Assembly (NCBI RefSeq): GCF_006345805.1
Contig: NC_043011.1
Span: 21,154,464-21,218,463 of the forward strand
DNA: 64,000 nucleotides
Reading direction: 5' to 3'
DNA from: Octopus sinensis
Lineage: Eukaryota
Shown: positions 39,411 through 52,746 of the stretch, piece by piece
Position numbering within the stretch: position 1 is the first letter of the stretch
Layout of the letters: each line of letters opens with the position of its first letter
Made by a program: the position numbers and the translations under genes
The notes under the pieces: model-generated
The model's database searches: none
What the model saw: only the letters and a program-made list of their open reading frames with translations
What the model was told of the DNA's origin: nothing

Positions 39411-42400
39411 GAATACCTGTAAGTGGAGACTTCAAATTATCACTCACCCACGGCAGTGGGCGAGTATATCCTTACGGTCAACTTTAGACTACTTGTGAGC
39501 ACTTCTAGTCTTCATCATTAATTCAGTTCTCAACCAAATTGAATGCAGTTCTTTTAGCAATGATGCTCTCGTCCTAAGCTACATTTTGATAAAATAATAG
39601 AAATTTGGCTCATTAAAAAAAAGTTAGGTCAAAATATGAGCTCAAAAATGGAAGAGTAAGGAGAAAAATTGACTTTGAATCAAAATATCTCAGTTATTTT
39701 AAAAGAAAAGTTTAGATGAATTTGTTTCAAAAGAATGAGCTCATTGCGAAAAATGTTTTGGTAAAAATCTCATTAAAAAGTATAAGCTATGCAAAAAGTA
39801 ATGTGATTGTAATTGACGAAAATAATAATAAGTATCCCCAAAAGTTGACTTTGAATCAAAACACCTTGGCTATTGTAAAAGAAAACTATACAACAGTTGT
39901 CTTCAAATGAAAAAGCTCTATGGGATGAATTATATGGTGAAAACCTTATCAAAAAATATTAGCAACAAAAAAAGGGTGTGAGTCCAAGTGACGAAATAAA
40001 GGTGATCATTTTAACAAATCAAAATAGTTTTTGTCCTTTTAAGATATTTAGCATTATAACCGACGGGACTTGATAGTGTGGGTCGCATAGCTTAATTGTA
40101 CAGGGCGCTTAACTGGAATTTCATATTCTATAGCTACTTGCTGGCCGCTTTCCTCACCTTTTCTAATGGTATTCAGTCAATCTTCTAAGCTGTTTTCACA
40201 TCTATTCTGCGTTCGAAATTTACTTTCAGATGAAAGAGCTCTATGAGAAGAATCTTATGGTGAAAACCTTGTCAAAATATCTTATCTACAAAACTGATGT
40301 GTAGCTTTAAGTGACGAAAAAGGTGATAATTTTAAGTAATCAAAATATTTTTCTCTTTTCATGAGAAAAACAATATTATCTGAATGCAAATGAAAGTTTA
40401 TCGAGACGGATATTCTGGAGAAAACCATTTTAAGCATAAAATAAAATTATCATCTTTTGCGATTTCATATTAATTTTATTATTCTGTTTATGTATTGAAA
40501 TATGTACATATTAAAAACATTTCAATAAAAAAATTTCACACATTAAAAACTAATTATTGATTATTTAATTAGAATATAACAATATTCTATAAATATAAAT
40601 TGTTTATAAATATATTTAGTTATAACAATATATTTAGTTGTTATTTTTAGGTGCGAAAAAAATGTCTAAGTTTCAACAAAATCTATATTAAAAAATATTT
40701 CCAATAACATCATTTTTTAAATATAATTAATCATAATAACAGAAGAGTTGCCTGAGAAAAAAAATGGACTTGAATAAAAAATGTTGGCACAGACTCATAG
40801 TATTGGGTCTAGAAAACTACAGAACAAGTAGTAATTAAGTCGAAAAAAATATAGGGCAAGAAGAAAAAAACTCAAATATTGCTGTTGTAGTCTGAATTTG
40901 CTAAATAAATTTCTGAAATTGTTCATCAAATACAGTATGCATTATTTTTTTAATATATATATTTTGTTTTTTATTGCAAGTTTTTTTTCTAAAAATTTAA
41001 GTTAATATTTTTGCATTAAGCTAAAACATTTCGGTCTTATTTTTAATATTATATCATTTTGAAATTTTATGTTCTTAACAAAACTCATTATCCAAAAAAT
41101 TTTAATTACAGATATTGTGTTAAAATTAAACTCATGTAGAATATATGTAATCCCAAAGCCTAAAAATTATTAAAAAAATTTTTTAAGAGAAACGAAAAAT
41201 TAATTTCTTTAAAGTTTGCGTTATTAGATAACAAGGTATTTTCTAATTACAGCCAGAAAAATATTTAAAAGCGAAAGCTAATGAACAAATTAAGTGCAAA
41301 ATGTAGAATTGACACTAGCTTTAAAAAAAAACTTAGAGGTTATAATTTTCAATTTTGTTTAAATTGATGTTTTTAAACATATAAATTTATGATATCAAAT
41401 TTTTATTGTGTAAACTTGCAGGTAAGTAGTTTGTCACTAAAAAGGGAAATAAGTAGCTCCTTGAGTATTTTAATTAAAACTTTTAAAAGTAAAAATAAAA
41501 GTATAAAAGGGCACTTATTACTATCTCAGTTTTAAAATTCTAACTCCGGCAGCAATATTTAAAGTTTTTTTCTTGTTCTGTACTTTTCCAGATTTGATTA
41601 CTATTTGTTCTGTATTTTTCCATGTTCAATACTTAAGAATATTCTAGGATGCTACGCCCGCATTTTTCATTCTAATGAAGTTCTCTGTCACTTCCGCTGT
41701 TAGCAAAGTGTAGTGAACCAGTGACTAGCTTATTGGAAACCTATATATTTCTTTACTGCTCACAAAGGGCTAAACAAAGATGGGACGAACAAGGATAGAC
41801 AAAGGGATTAAGTCGATTACATCGACCCCAGTGCAAAACTGGTACTTTATTTATCGACCGCGAAAGGATGAAAGGCAAAGTCGACCTCGGCGGAATTTGA
41901 ACTCAGAACGTAACGACAGACGAAATACCGCTAAGCATTTTGCCCGGCGCGCTAACGTTTCTGCCAGCTCGCTGCCTTCTTATTGGAAACCTATAACCAA
42001 AATGACTATCACCGACACATAGAAGCATAAAATATAAGAAATATAGTGATAAAACACATCGCAAAAGATATATCTAAAATATCTTGCAAATTCATTCTAG
42101 AAAACTAATCCGAGTACAACTAAAATAATAGCAGGTTAGAAGATTGTAGCAACAAAAGAAATTGAAAAGCCAAGTCTCCAAAACATTGCAAAATATAAAT
42201 TGAGGCCTTGCTCTAAATAGCTCCGGAAATTGGGAAGAATGTCCTGGCAAGGACAACATTCGAAATGTTTGATGTTTGTTATTTGTCATTTGTACGGCCA
42301 GAAAACAGTTTAGATTTACTATAAATTTAGTTCTAAATCTAATCTAAACATCTTCGGAAAATTTGATGGTTGCGGGGATCAGCGTTTTACAAAATTTTGT

Positions 42401-42667
42401 TTGTGTACGCACACACACACACACACACGTTTACATAGCTAGCTAGATATAGAAACATAGATAGCCATAATACATACATATACATACATACATACATACA
42501 TACATACATACATACATACATACATACATACATACATACATACATACATACATGCATACGTACACACACGCACGCATGCATGCATACATGCATACATACA
42601 TACATACATACATACATACATACATACATACGTACGTATATATATATATATTATATATATATACACA

Positions 42668-42885
42668 CGAGGGTGTGCTGAAAAGGTCTTGGTTTTAAGG
42701 GTATCGCTAACAGCTTGGTTGGAGGCTCAACCTTCCGAGATTTTTACAGGGCTTAGAAAAACTGAAGGACTGCTGCAATAAGTGTGTGAATCTGAGAAGG
42801 GAATATGTTGAATAAAATCATAATTAACTGATCCTCCTGTATTTTCTTTTATCCAAAGCCAAGAACTTTTCAGCAACCCCCTCTC
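42668..42885 (+). mobile_element. Mariner-derived MITE
   Basis: TIRs cgagggtgtgctgaaaaggtcttgg / ccaagaacttttcagcaaccccctc. Internal KLKDCCNKCVNLRREYVE* is the transposase C-terminus. Confidence 0.8.
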
Positions 42886-43320
42886 ATATATATATATATT
42901 CTGTTTTTTTTACTTGTTTCAGTCATTTGACTGCGGCCATGCTGGAGCACCGCCTTTAGTCGAGCAAATCGACCCCGGGACTTATTCTTTGTAAGCCTAG
43001 TACTTATTCTATCGGTCTCTTTTTGCCGAACTGCTAAGTGACGGGGACATAAACACACCAGCATCGGTTGTCAAGTAATGCTAGGGGGACAAACACAGAC
43101 ACACAAACATATACACACACACACATATATATATATACATATATACGACAGGCTTCTTTCAGTTTCCGTCTACCAAATCCACTCACAAGGCTTTGGTCGG
43201 CCCGAGACTATAGTAGAAGACACTTGCCCAAGATGCCACACAGTGGGACTGAACCTGGAACCATGTGGTTGGTAAGCAAGCTACTTACCACACGGCCACT
43301 CCTGCGCCTATATATATATA

Positions 43321-43371
<51 letters not shown>

Positions 43372-43799
43372 ATATATGTGTGTATATGTGTGTGTATGTA
43401 TGTATTTATACACACACATACACACACACACGCATATAACTACTACATATGTGGGAAATTCTGTCTGTGGAGTGTTTGTGGAGTTGTTAGCTAACTCCTC
43501 CTACATCGTTCTATTGATTTTGATGAAACTTGACACGTGAGTAGAACTCATGTCTGGAAACCTCATGACATACTCAGATTGTTGAAAAAAAATCAATAAT
43601 AGGGCCCTGGAAGGGACCCTTATATAGAGTCAAAGGAAATAACCCATTCATTTTCCTAAGTTATTCGGTAAAACTGAAATTGAATATGCTTATTTTTTAG
43701 TATATGAGCTGTTAGAGTTATTTTCGCAATGCATGCAGTACAACCCTTAAACAAGTAAACAGTATTTTCCTAAACAATTATTTCCACTTATTTCGGTTA

Positions 43800-44600
43800 G
43801 TGACTTATTAATCCAGGATATTCATTTTCCCCTGCCTCCAGGTCATTGTTTCTCATGGGAGCAGACCTGACTGGGCAAGACCAATACGAAATAGGCAGAA
43901 TCTGTGGTACTGAAGACACTGAAAATGACCCCGAGCAAGAGCTGCAGGGGGGTTGACGTCGACGTCTCCTCCTCTCAATGCAGTCTGCTGCGTCCGGTTT
44001 CAGAGAGCTCAACTCCAGCATCACACACGGACCTACCTCCACGCCTTCTGATTAACTGTTATGGCCTCCAACCGGTTGGGAGGGACACCACATAAAATGA
44101 GCCTACGCTTGAGATGATCAGGAAAACGAGGTTTTGGACGTCCATGAGGGCTACCCCCAGTTTTGATCTCGCTGAAGAGAACCATCTTTGAGAGCCGGTT
44201 ACCGGACGCCCGAATCACATGGCCAAGCCAGAGGAGTAGACGACAAAGGATGAAGGCCTCAACGCCATAGATCCCATCCCTCAAGAAGATTTCGGTATGA
44301 AGCACTTTGTCCTGTCACGTGAGACAGGATAATTTGGAGCGATTTGATAAAGAACGCTTCAAGTTGTCTGATCCGGTGTCGATAAAAGGCCCAGCGCTCA
44401 GACCCATACAGGAGGGTGGTTACACACAGCTCGATAAACTGAGAATTTTGTACTTGTTCTAAAGCTTTTGTTTCGAAAGACTTGTTTGCTGAGTTTCCTG
44501 AAAGTTGCAGAGGCCTAGTTGATGCGACAGAGTATTTCCTCATCAAGGAATCCAATGCTAAAAATCGTGCTTCCAAGATATCGAATTAGCCTGCGGACGC
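43800..44600 (-). mobile_element. RTE-clade LINE, 5'-truncated
   Basis: TLLYGSERW...IRQLEAF, LLWLGHVIR...RLSKMVLF...GRPKPRF, followed by a 3' UTR. Confidence 0.88.
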
Positions 44601-45429
44601 TTTTCTGTAATATCGAATATATTTATAGATTGAATAACGTTGATAATGTACTTTGAAGGCATCTTACTGGAAGTATAAAAGATCTAGATTCTTTCGACAG
44701 TAGGTAGAAATTTCCTAGAAAAGCATCATATACTACATACTAGGTTTGACATTCAACGGCTATACACCTCAAGAAAAATGGTTCATAGGTTAATATTTAG
44801 GTTCAAGAACAGTTTTAAAGACGGGCATTAAATGTTATATTGCGTTACTAAACATATCTATAGAATTTCAATCCCTACCCAGTTTTTTTCTCTCTGTTTT
44901 TTTTTTTTGTCACTTCATTTTTCTCCTCTCAACCCATTCTGTTGAACATTATTGGCTTGAAACGTCAAGGACTTTTCCAGTCTTCTCGTGCGTCAAACTA
45001 ATACACCTGTATGTTGTTCCTTTATCTGTCTTCGTCTTTTGTTTACAGTAAATTTGAACTACGTGTGTGTGTGTATGTGTGTGTGTGCGTGAGCGTGTGT
45101 GTGTGTATTGTGCGTGAGCGTGTGTATTTGTATGTGTGAATGTCTGTGTACGTATGTGGTATATGTATATATATGTGTGTGTGTGTATATATATGAATAT
45201 AAACACTCACGCGCACGCACACACATATTAGTAATATAAAGAAAAACTTAGAAGTAATAAAATAATAAACGTATAAACAAGGACAGACAAACGGATTAGT
45301 CGATTATATCGACCCCAGTGCGTAACTGGTACTTATTTTAATCGACTCCGAAAGGATGGAAGGCAAAGTTGACCTGGGTTGAATTTGAACTCAGAAAATA
45401 AAGACAGACGAAATACCTAGGAATTTTAA

Positions 45430-46020
45430 GTAATACTTTCAAACAGTAGTCTTCATCAAAGTACTTCAATAATACTGGAAGAAAAAATCCTTCGACTTTG
45501 ATGGGAGAAAATATAGACAGATTAAAGGAACACTCGTGAGCTCTATAGTACCACACTAATGCAAATATACTAAATATTCCTGAAAGGAAACTATTTCACG
45601 AAATAGAAAGGACATTCAAACAAAACTATAAATTGTAACAATGAAGAGTGTAAACTTTTTCTCGACGATTACTTAGTTTTGCTTTTGGAAAAGATCAAAG
45701 GAGAAATTACATACATTGCATAACATCTTAAACACCCTTCATCCGTCTATAAAATTCTCAATGGAAATCACTGAAAAGGAACGACTATTCTTGGACATTC
45801 TAGTAAAATTATGTGATACCAGGATCACAAACAAAAATATATTATACAAAAATGAATACGCCCCAATATTTGAATTCTTATTCATGTCATCCATCACATA
45901 TCAAACGAAATACCCCATACTGTATGGCAAAACGCATATGCTCAATGAAAATTGCAACTAGGGGCACCAAAAGGTTTTCTAAAACTACGGAAATATCCCC
46001 TGAAACTAATAAAAGAATGG
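45430..46020 (+). mobile_element. Penelope-like element RT fragment
   Basis: FDFDGRKYRQIKG, LDDYL, LNTLHPSIKFSME...LFLDILV, YLNSYSCHPSHIKRNTPYCMAKRIC. Confidence 0.88.
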
Positions 46021-46212
46021 GTTTGTAAAAAAAGAAATAAGAAAAGCAGAGGCACAGGAATGGCTGTATGGTAAGTAGTTTGCTTACCAACTACATGGTT
46101 CCAGGTTCACTCCCACTCCGTGGCACCTTAGGCAAGTGTCTTCTACTATAGCCTCGGGCCGACCAAAACTTTGTGAGTGGATTTGGTAGACGGAAACTGA
46201 AAGAAGCCCGTC

Positions 46213-46269
<57 letters not shown>

Positions 46270-47306
46270 CATGTATGTGTGTGTGTATATGTTTGTGTGC
46301 CTGTGTTTGTCCCCCCACCCAACATTGCTTGAGAACCGATGCTGATGTGTTTACGTCCCCGTAACTTAGCGGTTCGGCAAAAGAGACCGATAGAATAAGT
46401 ACTAGGCTTACAAAGAATAAGTCCTGGGGTCGATTTGCTCGACTAAAGGCGATACTTCAGCATGGCCGTAATCAAATGGCTGAAACAAGCAAAAGAGAGG
46501 AACATACATTTATCAACTAAGAATATCTATACAACACACTAAGCAAATTGTAATCCTGTTTCTCCACACTTCTGATTCGAGAGTGTCAGATATTCGTATG
46601 GCTGTTACACGTCATAATGCTCGAAAATATTTCAGTCACTTCACTATAAAATATTTTGAATTAGATTTTGTCTCTGAACAAATTTTCACACGTCACAAGA
46701 TTTTATTGACCTGCCAGTGACAACCACCAGTATGTTAGCTGACTATAAAACAATGTGGTCGTGACACAGAGACTGATTTTCGAGCACTAAAAACAAAATT
46801 TTATAGGCAGTATTTCATTTTATTACGGTGAGAAAATTGAGAGAACTTTCGTACACCTGTGAGTAAATAAACTTATTGTTATGAAGATCGATCTGAAGAA
46901 ACGCCCTTCATAATTGTTGACAATTTTTCTATTATTAAGATAGGGAGCTGGCAAAATCATTACAACGCTTAGTGGCATTTCGCCCCTTTTTATGTTCTGA
47001 GAACAAATTCCACCAAGGTCGATTGTACATGTCCTAATTTCGGGGGTGATAAAATACTGGGTCGATGGAATCAACCTGTACCAAAATTTGATCCCGTGCC
47101 AAAATTTGAAAGTATTATTAATATATAAATCGGTGAGCTAGTCGAATCGTTAGCACACTGAACAAGATGCTAGCAGCATTTTGTCCGTCTTTATGTTCTG
47201 AGTTCAGATAAACTAAGTACCTGTCAAGTACCTACATCGATGTAATCGACTTGTATCCCTTTCCCAAATTTAAGGCCTTGTGCCTATGCTAGAAAGTATT
47301 ATTATT

Positions 47307-47530
47307 CAGTTCTATATTTAAGAGATGAGGAATTATGTACATTATTTGCATTATTTACAATTGACGAATATTTGTTCCCATCTTGTTAACTCAACGTTTC
47401 GGCTGATATACCCTCCAGCCTACCCCAAGACATCTGATGTAGGCTGGAGAGTATATCAGCCGAAACGTTGTGTTAACAGCAAACAAGATGAGGACGAATA
47501 TCCATCAATTGTAAACAATGTAAATAATAT
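47307..47530. repeat. Inverted (head-to-head) pair of the hammerhead-bearing repeat
   Basis: About 47341-47421 is the reverse complement of about 47441-47527. The right arm contains gacat-CTGATGT-aggctg-N10-cagcc-GAAAC-GTT-gtgtt (47429-47474). Confidence 0.85.
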
Positions 47531-47541
47531 AGGATTATTAC

Positions 47542-47587
<46 letters not shown>

Positions 47588-47627
47588 GTTGTTGTTGTTT
47601 TTGTTGTTGTTGTTGCTGTTGTTGTTG

Positions 47628-47688
<61 letters not shown>

Positions 47689-47906
47689 GGTGGCGAGCTG
47701 GCAGAATTGTTAGTACGCCGGGCAAATACTTAGTGGCATTTCGTCCATCTTTATATTCTGAGTTCAAATTCCATCGAGGTCGACTTTGCCTTTCATCCTT
47801 TCGGGGTGATAAAGTAAGTACCAGTGAAATACTGGGGTCGATGTAATCGATTAGTCCCCTCCCACAAAATTTCAGGCTTTGTTCCCCTTTACTAGAAAGG
47901 ACTATT

Positions 47907-48075
47907 ACCCCCGCCTTATCGAAGGCGGAGGTATTGTTTTCAGTAGTGTTTGTTTGTTTGACCGGGGACAAGATATCTTAAGAACCGCTGGATGGATTCG
48001 GATGAAACTTTCAAGGATGTTTGGTCTCTTGACTGGTACGAACTGATTTGATTGAAGGATCGATTCGGTACCGGA
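47907..48075 (+). mobile_element. Helentron-type non-autonomous element (HINE/DINE-1-like) 5' part
   Basis: attacccccgcc...ggcggaggtattgttttc start, (gttt)n, and ggatggattcggatgaaactt body motif. Confidence 0.6.
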
Positions 48076-48149
48076 CATTATGATGGTAAGACGAATACCC
48101 TCATCACTAGGCCACTCGACTTCTTTGTACATTGCCAAGATCTTTTCAT

Positions 48150-48180
<31 letters not shown>

Positions 48181-48454
48181 ACATATATACTTATTTATTT
48201 AAGTACATATACATACACGCATACATCATACAACATTAAGGGTTTTAATTCTTGCAATATAGGTGCTATTCAGCACCCTTAGTCACAATTAGCAACGATT
48301 AAAATTTTCCGTTATGGTCTTATATTGCACCTAGCTGTTTGTATTAATTTTTTAGTACACATGTTAGAAGATATACATGTTTGTGTGTGTGTGTGTGTGT
48401 GTGCCCCCCCAGTGCGCGCGTGTGTGTGTGATTTGTGCGTGTGTGTGTGGAGGT

Positions 48455-50796
48455 ATAGCTAAAAGTCTAAAGAAATATTATTCTGTAGTGCAGTGAGGTA
48501 TTAAAAGTAATAAATCTATTTTTATTTTACCACAACAGCGAAGTTCGCCAAAAGATGATTGGATTAGATTTCGAACTCATGAAGACCAAACGTAAGGTGA
48601 CAGTAAACGAGAAAATACAGATGACACGTAGAACAACTATTGTGAACAACAACAAAAGCATGGTTTTACAGCGCTAATACTTCTGCGAACTGAATGTCGC
48701 AGATATAAATGTTGAAAAAAGCAAACTTTGCTCTTTATATACGAAACAAAAGCAAAACCGTTCATAGTATAGATGTAAGCTGTCACTACTGGCCATATCA
48801 AAAGGGACAGCTACAATAACTATAATATAACGTTTACGATACAGAAGTAGGCCATCACTATAGTTCCTACCCTAAAAGCTACGATAGCTATAATATAAAT
48901 GATACAGGGGTTGGACAAAATAATGGAGACAGCTAGCATTATAGCATCATAATTTTGAAATATCTATAAAACTGTCAAAAGCTTGTTTAATTTTATGTTT
49001 TTTGATTTATTATTAGTGTTGCTTATTATGTTTTGCTAAAATTGCAGTTTCTTTTCAGATATCACCAGAAAAAGGTAATTAAAATCCATTAAAATGACAC
49101 ATCTATCGAACTTTCAAAGAGGTCAAATTGTTGGTGTTCGTAAGGCAGGCACTAGCGAAACGAAAACAGCCGAAATATTTGGTGTATCAAGAAGTACAGT
49201 CTCGAAAGTAATGACAGCCTTTTAGGAAGAGGTAAAAAAACCCTCGTCGAAGCAAAACTCCGGAAGAAAACCAAAACTTTCAGATAGGGACCGTCGGACT
49301 CTTACGCGACTTGTTAGAAAGGATCACAAAAGTACAGCTCCCAAAATTACTGCAGAGCTTAATGACCACCTCGAGAACCCAGTTTCCACAAAAACTGTTC
49401 ACCGGGAGCTGCACAAAGTCGGATTTCACGTGACGGCTGCAATCAGAAAACCACTACTTTCAAACACAAACGTTGCAAAGCGTTTAGAGTGGAGCAAAAA
49501 CCTACAGAATTGGTCCATAGAGTAGTAGAAGAATGTTATTTTCTCGAACGAATCATCCTTTACCTTATTTTCGACCTCCGGCCAAGTATACGTGTGGAGA
49601 CAGCCAAAAGAAGCATTTGACCCAGGCTGCCTTCTTCCAACTGTTAAACATGGAGGAGGTTCTGTGATGATCTTGTGTGGGGGGAGGCTATATCTTGGAA
49701 ATCCGCCGGCCCAATGATTTCTTTTTATTGCAGAATTAATAGTGAAGACTATTTAAGCATTTTATCTGATCAAATTCATCCTATGTTTGCAGAACTGTTT
49801 CCAGAGGGAAACAATCTTTCAGGATGATAATGCACCAATTCACACAGCTAAAGTTGTTACTGAATGGCACGAGGAACATTTTAGCGAAGTTGAACATTTT
49901 ATCTGGCTATCACAGTCGCCAGATCTCAACGTTATTGAACATTTATGGTGCATTTTAAAAAAACAAGTAAGGAGTCGATATCCTCCACCATCATCACTAC
50001 AAGAACTGGAGACTGTTTTAGCTGAAGAATGGACAAAAAATCCTTTGGAATCAATTCAAACTTTGTACGAGTCCAAACTTTGTAAGTCGTACAATTCAAA
50101 CTGTAATTACTGCCAAAGGCGATCCTACCTCATATTAAAATAAATTTGTTTGATATTTTAAGGTGTTTCCATTATTTTATCCAACCCCTGTATATATAGC
50201 CTGTATGTTCTATGTTCCGAAACAATTCATCAAATTGTATGAATATGACTTGTCATTAGCTCACATGTAATAAACTTGGGGACACAATAGCGTATTGTAG
50301 CTTCTTTACCTACTCTTGGATATGCAGTTTCAAAATTCTGTCGGGAAAAGTTTCTGTGGTATTAATATGAACATCTAAAATGTTTAGAAATAATAATATG
50401 AAACATTGCAATAATATGAAAGATTGCAATAATACAATACAGACCACCAGATAAATTGGGGCCTCATATCCACAAGGAAACTGACAAGCGTATGCTTATA
50501 ATTACCATAGCAATATCAAATTATAAATATTGTGCAGAAACAAGCTAAGCAGCTATGGAATGAAATCGATTTAGATGTGAAACTGAAAACCATATTAGCA
50601 GTTTAAAAAATGTGCTTTTCGTTCTGTTTGTAATTGCTACAATAGGAATAACACATAATACTTTTACGAAGACACTGACAAATTCCATACCAGGATAAAC
50701 ATACGTTCTAGAAAATAATAACAGGGTCTGTAAATACTGTGGGGCACTTTTAGTGTACGCATGTCTTGTGGTTGGAGTATTATGCTTAGAAAACAT
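48455..50796 (-). pseudogene. Decayed single-exon class A (rhodopsin-like) GPCR, split by Tc1
   Basis: Minus-strand TM-like remnants in correct order: YVYP...VFVKVLCVI (TM1), STFFKLLIWFSVSHL (TM2), IYLVVCI/IAIFH (TM3), CVPKFITCEL (after TM4), AYFCIVNVIL (TM5), KTMLLLLFTIVVLRVICIF (TM6), ITFNTSLHYRIIF (TM7). Many stops and frameshifts. Judged by eye only. Confidence 0.45.
48905..50190 (+). mobile_element. Tc1-like transposon (DD34E), full length, inactivated
   Basis: 26-bp TIRs caggggttggacaaaataatggagac / gtttccattattttatccaacccctg and TA TSD. Transposase from ATG 49094 with KHGGGSVMI, FQDDNAPIH and SPDLNVIEHLW. Contains internal stops. Confidence 0.95.
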
Positions 50797-51462
50797 TGTG
50801 CAGTGGGTTCAACTGTTGTAGCTTTGCGGAAGGCGCTTCATTCTATGTTGCTTCAGTCTGCTTAGCTGAGAATTATCACCGGTGTTACCTAGGAATTAAC
50901 CCAGCAACAGACTGGAATTATAGTACGTTTTAAATGCGTCGAAAACCGAGATAAACTCTGGCTTAATAAGCTTAATAAGCCGAGATACATTTGAAGTTTT
51001 TTCTTATCTTTTATTTTATATCTTTTACTAGTTTCAGTCATTGAACTACGGCCATGCCGGTTTTTTTTTGTTTTTGTTTAATAAATCGACCCCAGTACTT
51101 GTTTTAAGTCTGGTACTTATTCTAGCATTCTGTTTTGTTGAACCGCTATGTCAAGCGGTAATGTGGGGCAAACACAAAAACACACACACATATGTATATT
51201 CGCGTGTACGTATACACACACGCACACGCGCGCATACACACATATACGGTGAGTTTCCACACAGTTTCCATTTGCCAAGTCCGCTAACATGGTCGGCCTA
51301 GTAGGCTATAGTAGAAGAGACATACCCAAGAGGCCGCGCACTGGCACTGAAACCGAAACCACGTGGTTCCAAAGCAAGTTCCTTAACCACATAGACGTTA
51401 TTCTTACACATTTATAAGCCTTGAACATTTTGAGGAAAGCTTTGAAATTTACGACTATAAAA

Positions 51463-51562
51463 NNNNNNNNNNNNNNNNNNNNNNNNNNNNNNNNNNNNNN
51501 NNNNNNNNNNNNNNNNNNNNNNNNNNNNNNNNNNNNNNNNNNNNNNNNNNNNNNNNNNNNNN
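51463..51562. other. Assembly gap (100 N)
   Basis: Direct reading. Confidence 1.
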
Positions 51563-52374
51563 TATGCATTATATGTATATATACACATTATAACATATAT
51601 ACATTTATATATATGACACATATGTATATATATATATACCTATATATATATATATATATTATATATATATATATATATTTATATATATACTCTTTACTCT
51701 CTTTTACTTGTTTCAGTCATTTGACTGCGGCCACACATCATATATATATATGTGTGTGTGTGTTACATACATACATATATATAAGCACACGCTAGTACAC
51801 ACACATATATCCATCCACCTGGATGATGGATATAAACGGGTATGTTAGCGACTCATTACTGTCATACAAAGAGCGGGAAATAACTGTTTAAGATGTATTT
51901 ATTGTAACCATTTGCTAAGTATTTATTCTAAATAAGTTACATGTGTACAATTTATTTCATTTTATTGTTGACCCAATTTTTCTTACGTTATGAGCAATTT
52001 GAACTATTCATTGCTGGTCAATTTGTTGGGTAACACAGGGAGAAAATTTGTATAATCGGAAACGTTTCTTGTGCAGAGATTATTACAAGAACTTTCGTCA
52101 TATGATGTTTAAAGAAGATGTAGGGTAACATGCAGTTTACAGTCGTAAAAAAGTGGAAGTGAACTTTTCTAAAATTTTTTTTTTAAAATTGAAAGTAAAT
52201 TATCTTTAAAAAACCTGAAAGTAGACTTCCCTAAAAATTGAAAATAAATTGCGATGGAAACTGGAAGTGATGACAGTGACATCCCATAGTTTTATGTAGA
52301 CAAGGAGTGTGACATAACTAATATCTAGAACGTACACACATGCTATATAGTATGAATACCGTACATATATAATA

Positions 52375-52746
52375 CGAGCAAAACGCCCCCCGTCAAATGG
52401 ACGGTGCTGAGTTGTCAAACATTTAAAGCGAATTTTCTCTAAAACAACTTGTCCGACAGTCCCATAGGCCTCCCCTTTGAGAAACACTGATTTAACCTAA
52501 ATTTGAGACACCAGCAAAAGAAGGAATAAAGATAGATTTTTTTCTCTATTCCAAAGGAAAACGATTTTATTCACTTTATCGATCGCATTCTCACCTGGAG
52601 TCGATTTTTGTAATCTTTTCAAGACTTATACACGCCCTGATACCGTCGGTATCTACATATCAAATTTGAGCGCAATCAGATGGAGGATGCCCGAGATCCT
52701 AGAAGACACACATACAGAGACAGACAGAACGGATTTTACATAATAG
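52375..52746 (-). mobile_element. Short non-autonomous Helitron-like element
   Basis: Minus strand starts (c)ctattatgtaaaatccgttctgtctgtc. Ends with a ccgtc-cattt-gacgg hairpin and ctcg|t. Confidence 0.5.

Noticed and set aside
49787-50143. Active or domesticated Tc1 transposase
   Set aside because: Upstream in-frame stops and frameshifts leave only a partial catalytic ORF.
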